The translations under genes and the position numbers were made by a program. 64,000 nucleotides of DNA from Acidobacteria bacterium RIFCSPLOWO2_12_FULL_68_19. GTDB taxonomy: Bacteria; Acidobacteriota; Vicinamibacteria; Vicinamibacterales; UBA2999. Positions 16,046 through 23,655 of this stretch are shown here, piece after piece. Position 1 is the stretch's first letter; every line of letters starts with the position of its first letter. The stretch lies in assembly GCA_001767525.1 (NCBI GenBank), contig MELF01000045.1, forward strand, positions 41,277 through 105,276, read 5' to 3'. The notes beneath the pieces were generated by a model, which worked only from the letters and a program-made list of their open reading frames with translations, did no database searches and had not been told where the DNA came from.

Positions 16046-18931
16046 GTGGGGAGACGAGTGACACGAGGGGTCGGACGGTGGGTTCTGCTCGGTTTCATTC
16101 TGCTGCTGCCTGGACTCGCTGAGGCCCAGGAAGCGGTTCTAACGGGCACTATTACGGATGCGACCGGCAGCGTGCTGCCCGGCGTCACCGTGCTCGCCGT
16201 GCACGAAGCAACGGGCAATCGCTTCGAGGCGGTCACCGATGAGCGCGGCATCTATCGGATTCCCGCGCGCGTAGGCGGCTATCGAATCACCGCAGAGTTG
16301 CAGGGCTTTGCGACCGCCACGCGTGCGAACGTGCAGCTCCTGGTCGGCCAGACTGTCACGATCAACCTGCAGATGGCGCTGTCGACGCTGCAGGAGACGG
16401 TAACGGTGACGGCCGAGGAGCCGCTCCTCGACGTGAGCACGTCCGTCGTCGGCGGCAACATCGACCCGCGCCAGATGCAGGAGCTGCCGGTGCAGGGACG
16501 TGACTGGACGTCGCTGGCGCTGCTCGCGCCGGGCAACCGGACGACGACCATGGGCGGCACGCCGGTGCAGGATCGCGCCGACGTCCGCGAGTACCAGATA
16601 AACGTCGACGGCCAGCAGGTCACCCAGTCGATGGGCATCGGCGGGCAGCCGCTCTACAGCCGGGACTCCATCGCGGAGTTCCAGTTCGTCTCCAACCGCT
16701 TCGACGCCTCGCAGGGGCGCTCCTCCGGGGTGCTCGTGAATGCGGTCAGCAAGTCGGGGACGAACGCTCTGACGGGGCTCTTCAGCGCCTACTTTCGCGA
16801 TTCGGATTGGAACGCCGACGACCACGTGCTCAACCGGGTGATTCCGTTTTCGAACCAGCAGGTCAGCATGGCGGTGGGCGGTCCGATCGTCCGCGACCGG
16901 GTTCACTTCTTCGGCAACTACGAGTACGACCGCACGCCGAAGACGAGCATCTGGAACACGCCGTACCCGGCCTTCAACGTGACGCTCGACGGCAAGCAGG
17001 CCAAGCACATTGTCGGCGGGCGCGTGGACTACCAGCTCTCGTCCGCCGTGCGGATTATGGGCAAGGTGAGCGGCGCTCAAGACGACGATCCGTTCGGCGT
17101 CGGCAGCGCCACGCAGCACCCGGCGAGCACCGGCAGCCAGGATCGCGAGAACCGCGAGTACCTGGGCCAGTACACGCACGTGCTGAGCAACCGGGCGGTC
17201 AACGAAGTGAAGGGCGGCTTTGCGGAGTGGAACATTCTCCAGGGCAACCTGACCAACTGGTCGAACCACTGGGCCCGTGACATCGGCGTCACCGGCGGGC
17301 ATCCGCGCGTCCAGATGGTGGGGCTCACGATTGGAGGCAACCAGAACGCGCCGCGTATCCGCGATCAGAACATGTACTCGGTTCGCGATGACTTCACGCT
17401 GAGCTACGACGCCCGCGGCCGCCACGACCTCAAGGCAGGCGCGGAGCACCTGTACATGCACGAGCTGACCCGCAACTGCCGCAACTGCATGGGGCTCATC
17501 GACGCGCGCCTCAGCCGCATTCCTGCCGACGTGATGCAGGCCATCTTCCCAGACCCGTGGAACGCGGATACGTGGAACCTCAACGCGCTGGCGCCCTACA
17601 CGCGCCGGTTCACGCTGGGAATCTCGGATACGTTCCGCACGCCGTTCGACGTGCCCCGCACGGCGGCGTGGGTGCAGGACGACTGGCGGATTGCGAACAA
17701 CGTGACGTTGAACCTGGGCGTTCGCTACGACCTGACCTGGAACGCCTGGGCCAACGACGCCAACGTGCCGCCCATTCTCGATCCGGACCGTCCTCAGGAC
17801 ACCGACAACGTCCAGCCGCGCGTCGGCTTCGCATGGCAGGTGAACGATCGGACCGTCATCCGGGGCGGCGCGGGGCGATACTTCGGCGACGTGCTGACGA
17901 ACCTGCAGATGTGGACGTACGGGAACGAATCGATCGCGTCGGTCGAGGTCAACAACGACGGGCGCGCGAACTTCCCGAGCAATCCGTTCAACGGTCCGAA
18001 GCCGACGTCGACTCAGGCGTTCGCCAACTTCTGCGACGTGAACAACCGGCCCGGCTGTCTGACCCGCGGCCTGCAGGAACTGGCGCCGCCGCCGGGGTAC
18101 GACAACGTGCAGAACAGCTGGCAGACCTCCATCGGGTTCCAGCGTCAGCTCGCCGCCGACATGTCGGTTGAAGTCGACTACGTCTTCAACGGCAGCCGCG
18201 ACGAGAAGGTGATCCAGGAGAACGTCAACGTCTCCTTCGACCCGCGCACGGGTGCGCCGCTGCCCTACTCGAACCGGGCGACGCGGCCGTATCCGCTCCT
18301 CGGCATCATCTCGGTGACGCCGTACATGGGGTGGTCGAACTATCATGGCGTGCAGTCGGCATTCACGAAGCGGTTCAGCCATAACTGGCAGGCGTCGGCG
18401 ACCTACACGGTCAGCGGACTGCGGAATGCCGTGCCCCGTCCACTGAGCGGTCGGCAGATGGTCGGCTTCGACGTGCCGGCGGACCTCGGCGACGAGTACA
18501 CGCTGGCGGAAACCGATCAGCGGCACCGCGTCGTGGTCAACGGCATCTGGCAGGCGGGATACGGCTTCCAGGTGAGCGGCGTCTACTTCTTCGGCTCCGG
18601 CGAGCGCAATCAGATCGAAGCCGGTGACATCGGCCGCGACATCGGCGAATGGGCGGTCTACCGGTACAGGGCGAACGGCAGCATCATCCCGCGCAACAGC
18701 TTCGTCGGCGACGAGATCCACCGCGTCGACCTCCGGCTGCAGCAGCGGGTCCGTCTCTTCGGACGGGTGTCGGCGGACGGCATCCTCGAGATGTTCAACC
18801 TGTTCGATCGCGCCAACTACGGTTCGTACACGCTCGACGAGAGCAGCAGCGCGTTCCTTCAGCCGGCGCAGAATTCGAATCTTGCGTATGCGCCGCGCAC
18901 ACTACAGCTCGGTTTCCGGCTGACGTTCTGA
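16046..18931 (+). CDS. TonB-dependent receptor with N-terminal carboxypeptidase-regulatory-like domain
   Basis: GTG 16046 is preceded by GGGAGGG (ORF opens at 16025). Signal peptide, then VLTGTITDATGSVLPGVTVLAVHEATGNRFEAVTDERGIYRI (CarboxypepD_reg). A long beta-barrel ends ...LQLGFRLTF with a terminal Phe. Confidence 0.85.
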   Translation: MGRRVTRGVGRWVLLGFILLLPGLAEAQEAVLTGTITDATGSVLPGVTVLAVHEATGNRFEAVTDERGIYRIPARVGGYRITAELQGFATATRANVQLLVGQTVTINLQMALSTLQETVTVTAEEPLLDVSTSVVGGNIDPRQMQELPVQGRDWTSLALLAPGNRTTTMGGTPVQDRADVREYQINVDGQQVTQSMGIGGQPLYSRDSIAEFQFVSNRFDASQGRSSGVLVNAVSKSGTNALTGLFSAYFRDSDWNADDHVLNRVIPFSNQQVSMAVGGPIVRDRVHFFGNYEYDRTPKTSIWNTPYPAFNVTLDGKQAKHIVGGRVDYQLSSAVRIMGKVSGAQDDDPFGVGSATQHPASTGSQDRENREYLGQYTHVLSNRAVNEVKGGFAEWNILQGNLTNWSNHWARDIGVTGGHPRVQMVGLTIGGNQNAPRIRDQNMYSVRDDFTLSYDARGRHDLKAGAEHLYMHELTRNCRNCMGLIDARLSRIPADVMQAIFPDPWNADTWNLNALAPYTRRFTLGISDTFRTPFDVPRTAAWVQDDWRIANNVTLNLGVRYDLTWNAWANDANVPPILDPDRPQDTDNVQPRVGFAWQVNDRTVIRGGAGRYFGDVLTNLQMWTYGNESIASVEVNNDGRANFPSNPFNGPKPTSTQAFANFCDVNNRPGCLTRGLQELAPPPGYDNVQNSWQTSIGFQRQLAADMSVEVDYVFNGSRDEKVIQENVNVSFDPRTGAPLPYSNRATRPYPLLGIISVTPYMGWSNYHGVQSAFTKRFSHNWQASATYTVSGLRNAVPRPLSGRQMVGFDVPADLGDEYTLAETDQRHRVVVNGIWQAGYGFQVSGVYFFGSGERNQIEAGDIGRDIGEWAVYRYRANGSIIPRNSFVGDEIHRVDLRLQQRVRLFGRVSADGILEMFNLFDRANYGSYTLDESSSAFLQPAQNSNLAYAPRTLQLGFRLTF

Positions 18932-19039
18932 CGAGGCAGCGTCGGCTGGGAACGGCCGGTGGGGGTTCGAGGGCCTCCGCCGGCCGTCGTTTTTTTGGCT
19001 CGCGCCAGCCGGACCGGATCCGGGCCGCCCGTTGCCCGG

Positions 19040-19254
19040 TGCTCATCGAAACGGGCGCGGCCGGAATCCAGGGCTGCGTCGCGTACAACACCCGGCTGCG
19101 CAACCGGCCTCCGCATCTTCGACCTCTCCGATCCGGCCCGGGTGCGGGAAGTGGCCTGGTTCGTCCCGCCCCGGACCGGCGAGATCGAGGATTGCGGGAG
19201 CTGGCTCCGCGGCACGGCGGAGAACGTCTTCGTCGAATGGGACCGGAATCTGAT
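19040..19254 (+). pseudogene. C-terminal remnant of a beta-propeller (LVIVD-repeat-like) protein, frameshifted
   Basis: ...AGIQGCVAYNT in one frame continues as GLRIFDLSDPARVREVAWFVPP...GTAENVFVEWDRNLIW in another. There is no N-terminal part. The remnant ends at the MITE-like copy. Confidence 0.4.
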
Positions 19255-19383
19255 CTGGCTCGTCCTCGCCGGAACCCCTCGACCCGGCGCGAAGGGGACC
19301 GAGGAACGGCAGAACCGAACCTGAACACGAACCGAGAAGTGGGAACACAGAAGCGTGAACGACGCGTTCCTGAATAATCCAGG
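19254..19383 (-). mobile_element. MITE-like element, single-arm copy A
   Basis: About 130 bp. Its reverse complement aligns along its length with 45841-45974 (shared cctggattatt..aacgcgtcgttcac...gttcgtgttc...ctgccgttc...gccgggtcgagg.gttccggcgaggacgagccaga). Confidence 0.6.
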
Positions 19384-19555
19384 CGACTGCCTCTCGACGC
19401 CTGCGCTCGGCAGGCCGGTGTTCGACTCGAAGCCGATCGAGCGGTGGAGCGTCCCGCACGGCAATGTCGGCTGGGACGAACAGACACCGGCGCGTGTCTG
19501 CTTCGGTCGCGGGCGGATCCGGACAGGCTGAACGCCGGCGCTCGATCTGGCGCCG

Positions 19556-20176
19556 TCACGAACCGACGTTGGTGTTGTCTCGGGGGTCGCCCTCTTGCTT
19601 CCCGAGCAATTCGCCGAGGACCACGTCCTCGACGGCGCGTGCCGCGGCCGTGTCATACGACTGCACACGTCCAAAGCCGCTCCGCTCGCCAATGCGCGCG
19701 TAGTGCCGGGCGAGCGAGGTGCGGTCGACCACGTCGGGTGCGGTCGCGATTTCCATCGCGTGCTGCAGTTCGTGGGCGATCATCGCCGTCGCGTGCGCGG
19801 GTGACAAGCCGGGATTGATGAGAACGAACACGACCCGCTGACCGTTGGCCGCCCCCATCACTTCCAGTCCACCCCCGGAGACGGACAGCCTCATGAACCG
19901 GTGGACGTAGACGAGCAGGTCGGACTGGTCGATGGCCTGAATGAGGCGTTTGAGCGTCGGCGACTTCCGCTGTCCGTTGTCGACGAGCTCGACGACGTCC
20001 GGCTCGAGGCTCCGCACGCGTGTCGTTGCCAGCGCCCTCGTCGCCGGCGCCGGCGGCGTGCCGGTCGCATTGGTGTCGATCGACGTCGGCTCCGCCGCCA
20101 GGGTGTGAACGGCGAGGCACAGGAGCGCCACGATCCCCCACGCGCCGTGCGGCGCTCTCCGCATCTCGCCCTCCAT
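19556..20176 (-). CDS. secreted hypothetical protein with HExxH motif (possible metallopeptidase-like)
   Basis: ATG 20176 or 20164. Signal peptide WGIVALLCLAVHTLAA. AMIAHELQHAMEI contains HELQH. No family recognised. Confidence 0.5.
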   Translation of the reverse strand: MEGEMRRAPHGAWGIVALLCLAVHTLAAEPTSIDTNATGTPPAPATRALATTRVRSLEPDVVELVDNGQRKSPTLKRLIQAIDQSDLLVYVHRFMRLSVSGGGLEVMGAANGQRVVFVLINPGLSPAHATAMIAHELQHAMEIATAPDVVDRTSLARHYARIGERSGFGRVQSYDTAAARAVEDVVLGELLGKQEGDPRDNTNVGS

Positions 20177-20449
20177 GAGCCCTACGTTGACGCAACGCGC
20201 GCGCGACCTCCTATGACGACGGTCATACCGGTGGCGCAACGCGCACGCCGCATGGCGGGCGACGAAGATTGTCACGGAGACTACGGACGTGTCGACAGAC
20301 GGACGGGCCCGCCGATCGCACGCGGGCAGACCCGCTTCGAGGGATACACGAATCCGTAACCGGTCCGCTCGCCCGGGCACCACCACGTTTCAACGGCCCG
20401 GGGCATGCCGGCGGCGATGTCCCTCAGGAGATCGTGGATCGGGCCGTCG

Positions 20450-21499
20450 TCAGCGGTTGTTTCCGGCGGTGGGGGTCCCGCGTCCGTCGAGGCCATGGCC
20501 GAACTGCTGCGCGCCCCAGCTCTGGAGCGTCCGGATATAACCCGCACGCTCCAACGCGGCGGGATCGGCCACGCGCCGCAGGCTCGCGTCGCCGCGCATC
20601 TGGTCGAGGCTCACGATCTCGTGCCGCTCCATCCACTCGACGAGGCCCTGCCGCATGACGTCGATGTGTTTCGATCCGTACCGGAGCAGCGCCGACACCA
20701 TCTGCACGACGTCGGCACCCGAGAGGATCGCCTTGACGGCGTCTTCCGGCTGGTCGATGCCGCCGCTCACCGCCAGCGACGGCCGGACGCGGCCGTACAG
20801 GATGGCCAGCCAGTGCAACCGGAGCAGCAGCTCGCTTGCCGATGAGAGCTCGACGTGCACGCAGACCTTCATCGTCGTGAGATCGATGTCGGTTTGATAG
20901 AAGCGATTGAAGAGCACGAGCCCGTCGGCGCCAGCTTCGTCGAATTGCCGAGCCATGTGTCCGAACGCGGTGAAGTAGGGGAGCACCTTCACCGAGACCG
21001 GAATGCGGAGGATCTGTTTCACCTCCCGAACGATGCCGGCGAACGCGTCCTCCACGACCGCGCCTGGCGTGTGAAGGTCCGCCACGACCTCGTACAGGTT
21101 CAGCTCGATCGCGTCGGCGCCAGCCTGCTCGATCACGCGCGCGAACTTCAACCACGATTCCGGCGACGTGCCGTTCAACGAGCCGATCACCGGCATCGCG
21201 ACGGCCTGCTTCACGCGGCGGACGTGCTCGGCATAGGCATCGGGCCCGAGCGCGTACTCCTCGGCCGAGGGAAAGGCCGCCAGCGACGGAGCGAAGGCGA
21301 CGTCCGCCTCGCCCATGTGCCGGACGCGCCCCTGTCGCGCCGCCGTAATCTGTTCTTCGAACAATGAATGGAGCACGACGGCCGCGCATCCCGCGTCCTC
21401 GAGGCGGCGCACGGTGTCGAGGTGCTGCCCGAACGGCGATGCCCCGGCGATGAACGGATGCGGAAGACGGAATCCCAGATACGACGTGTCGGTCCGCAC
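20450..21499 (-). CDS. dihydroorotate dehydrogenase-like (PyrD-family TIM-barrel flavoprotein)
   Basis: GTG 21499 lies 9 nt after AAGGAG. GFRLPHPFIAGASP...DAIELNLY...PVSVKVLPYF...GADGLVLFNRF...SGGI is a class-1 DHOD-like pattern, 349 aa. Confidence 0.8.
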   Translation of the reverse strand: MRTDTSYLGFRLPHPFIAGASPFGQHLDTVRRLEDAGCAAVVLHSLFEEQITAARQGRVRHMGEADVAFAPSLAAFPSAEEYALGPDAYAEHVRRVKQAVAMPVIGSLNGTSPESWLKFARVIEQAGADAIELNLYEVVADLHTPGAVVEDAFAGIVREVKQILRIPVSVKVLPYFTAFGHMARQFDEAGADGLVLFNRFYQTDIDLTTMKVCVHVELSSASELLLRLHWLAILYGRVRPSLAVSGGIDQPEDAVKAILSGADVVQMVSALLRYGSKHIDVMRQGLVEWMERHEIVSLDQMRGDASLRRVADPAALERAGYIRTLQSWGAQQFGHGLDGRGTPTAGNNR

Positions 21500-21513
21500 C
21501 GACGTCAGCTCCT

Positions 21514-21966
21514 TCAGTCGGCGATCGAATAGCCCATGTCGATCGTGCGGATGCGCTCGTGGGCCTCGACAATCGCGTCGCGCTGCGACTCGACCGTCTC
21601 CGTCACGGTAGGCGGCAGCATGCCGTTGAGCGCGTCCCCGTACGCGTCGAGGGCGGCCTCCTCGCCGCGCTCGGCTTCGGCCACGATGTGGTGGTCGTGG
21701 CGGCCCGGAACCAGCCCCTTGAGCACCATCCACTTGCGGTGGAGTGCGCCCGCGCTCGTGCCCTCCGCGTCCGGCGTCCCGCCCAGCCGCTGGAGGTGCG
21801 GCAGGAGTTGGTCGGCGAACCGTTTCCGCTGCGTCGCCAGCTCGGTGAAGAGTGACTTCAGCGCCGGGTCGCTCACGTGATCCGCCGCCGCGCGGAATCC
21901 GCGCTCTCCATCCCGGCACAGATCGATCAGGTGGTGGAGCACGTCTCGTTCGGTTTGTTCGGCCAT
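21514..21966 (-). CDS. PA2169/DUF2383-family four-helix-bundle (ferritin-like) protein
   Basis: 150 aa. LIDLCRDGERGFRAAADHVSDPALKSLFTELATQRKRFADQL ... AEAERGEEAALDAYGDAL is typical of this family (assigned from memory). Confidence 0.7.
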   Translation of the reverse strand: MAEQTERDVLHHLIDLCRDGERGFRAAADHVSDPALKSLFTELATQRKRFADQLLPHLQRLGGTPDAEGTSAGALHRKWMVLKGLVPGRHDHHIVAEAERGEEAALDAYGDALNGMLPPTVTETVESQRDAIVEAHERIRTIDMGYSIAD

Positions 21967-22126
21967 CGCGTCCTCCAGCGGGTGCAGCCGCGGCCACTCG
22001 GTTGCCGGGCCGACAAGAGCACCTTGCAGGTTGCAGGCCAACCGTTCCTGCGGGTGCGCCGGCAAGGGCCGACCACCCCTCAGCGTTACCTCGCGCGGCC
22101 GGGAAATAGTTCGCGCCGCTCGGTCG

Positions 22127-22570
22127 TCAGCGGGGAGGATCGGCTGGAGCGGTCGACTCCAGATAGCGCGCGTGGCAGTTCTCGCACGTCATGTAGAGGT
22201 CGTCGCCGGCTTGCGCGAGGGCGTCGCCGTTCTTCGCCTGGACGACCTTCAGTGCCTTGTCCGCTTCGGTCACCAGCGCACGCGCCATCTCCATCCACGT
22301 CGTCTTGTCCCGGGCGAGTTCCGCGCGGGTCAGCAGCCGGCCCGAAGCGGCCAGTGTCTCGACCGCCTTCCTCAGGACGGCCCACGTGTCGTCGGTCTTG
22401 GGCGGCTCGGACGCGGCCTCGAATACCCTGTCCGAGGCGGGGATCGTCATGCTGGTCATCACGTCCTTGACCGTCGCCGGCGTGGCCCGACCCTGCCCAG
22501 CCGGCGCGGCGGCCGGCGACAGGAGGGCCCCCGCCGCGACCAGCGCCAGGAAAGTTGTGTGGTGTGGCAT
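22127..22570 (-). CDS. cytochrome c'-like (class II, four-helix bundle) c-type cytochrome
   Basis: ATG 22570 with a signal peptide. A single C-terminal heme motif CENCH sits near the end of a ~125-aa helical mature protein. Confidence 0.65.
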   Translation of the reverse strand: MPHHTTFLALVAAGALLSPAAAPAGQGRATPATVKDVMTSMTIPASDRVFEAASEPPKTDDTWAVLRKAVETLAASGRLLTRAELARDKTTWMEMARALVTEADKALKVVQAKNGDALAQAGDDLYMTCENCHARYLESTAPADPPR

Positions 22571-22810
22571 GGGCGCCCGACTGTGCAGGTTGCGCGCCAA
22601 CGTCCCAGCGCGCATCCCTGGGGATGGAGGGCCTTGGCCCGTGCTGGCGCGGAGTAGTCCGCGCCTAGCCAGAAATTGTCCGCGCCCACGTGCTCCGGGG
22701 CACGACCACCGTCGATTCGCACGGGCATCGTGCGGTGGCCGGTTCGGTACGGTTGATGCTCACGCTGTCGGCAGACGCCGCTGCAGGCACGCGTCGGGAG
22801 CGATCAGGCC

Positions 22811-23374
22811 ATGCGGGTCAGCCAAGCCGTCGGTATCGGGTTGCTTGGGTGGACCGCGATCCTCGGCGCGTGGTCGGGTGCAGCGGCGTTGTCATCCACG
22901 GATGACCGGGAGGTCGCGGCGCGGCTCTTCGCGGACCGCGTCGAGCGGTACGTGCGGCTTCGAGCGCGGCTGGAAGAGCCGCTGCCGCCGTTCGACCTGC
23001 GCCGTGACCCCTGGTCGCTGCTGCTCACGCGGCGGTATCTGGCCTCTGCCATCCGCACGGCGCGTGTCCAGGCGAAGGCGGGCGACGTCTTCGGGCCGCC
23101 GGTCGACGGGCTCTTCCGGGACACGATCACCACGGCGATCTACGAGATCGATATCGAAGGGCTCGTCGACGGCGGCGAGTCGGCGGTCGATCTGCTTGTC
23201 AACGAACCGGTGCCCGAGTGGGCGTTCCAGGCCGTTCCGCGAAGACTGCTCGAACGGCTCCCGCCGCTCCCGCCGGCTCTTGCCTATCGAATCGCCTGCG
23301 GCGCGCTCGTGCTCTGGGACGAGCACGCCGAGATCGTCGTCGATGCGCTGCCGGATGCGTTTGTCACGCGATGA
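22811..23374 (+). CDS. secreted hypothetical protein
   Basis: 187 aa with signal peptide MRVSQAVGIGLLGWTAILGAWSGAAA. It is first in a 4-gene plus-strand operon. No family recognised. Confidence 0.5.
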   Translation: MRVSQAVGIGLLGWTAILGAWSGAAALSSTDDREVAARLFADRVERYVRLRARLEEPLPPFDLRRDPWSLLLTRRYLASAIRTARVQAKAGDVFGPPVDGLFRDTITTAIYEIDIEGLVDGGESAVDLLVNEPVPEWAFQAVPRRLLERLPPLPPALAYRIACGALVLWDEHAEIVVDALPDAFVTR

Positions 23375-23400
23375 AGGTGTTCGACGGGAAGGAGGATGTC

Positions 23401-23655
23401 ATGTCACGAACGACGTTCGTGCTGGCGCTGGTGGGTGGCACGCTGGCAGCGGGTGCGGGCGGCTGGGCCTGCGGCCTGCTGACGGCGCCCTCGTCCGGGG
23501 CGGAACTGCGCCGCCGGCTCGCGTGGCGCACCGAGGAGCAGTGGCGGGGCGCCTCGAAGGCGAGCCGTCAGTTCCTGGGGCGCGTGGTCGACCGAGCGAA
23601 GGCGGAGATCGAGCACCGGCGCGCCCACTTCGGCGAGACGATGATGCACGGATGA
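23401..23655 (+). CDS. YtxH-domain protein
   Basis: ATG 23401 follows AGGAGG. One TM helix plus LLTAPSSGAELRRRL (YtxH signature), 84 aa. The stop overlaps the next start (ATGA). Confidence 0.6.
   Translation: MSRTTFVLALVGGTLAAGAGGWACGLLTAPSSGAELRRRLAWRTEEQWRGASKASRQFLGRVVDRAKAEIEHRRAHFGETMMHG

Noticed and set aside
16139-18721. 860-aa minus-strand ORF antisense to the TonB-dependent receptor. Similar long antisense ORFs occur at 11192-12934, 24969-26357, 33684-35447, 44020-45738, 46278-47765 and 52006-53622.
   Set aside because: All lie opposite genes with strong homology signatures and translate to Arg/Asp/His-rich, repetitive, non-domain sequence. They are GC-driven absence of stop codons, not genes.
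22257-23651. The N-terminal 465 codons of the 1363-aa ORF 22257..26348 could suggest a giant fusion protein.
   Set aside because: The recognisable protein starts at ATG 23652, with a signal peptide followed by the CarboxypepD_reg domain. The upstream part overlaps three better-supported genes in other frames or on the other strand.
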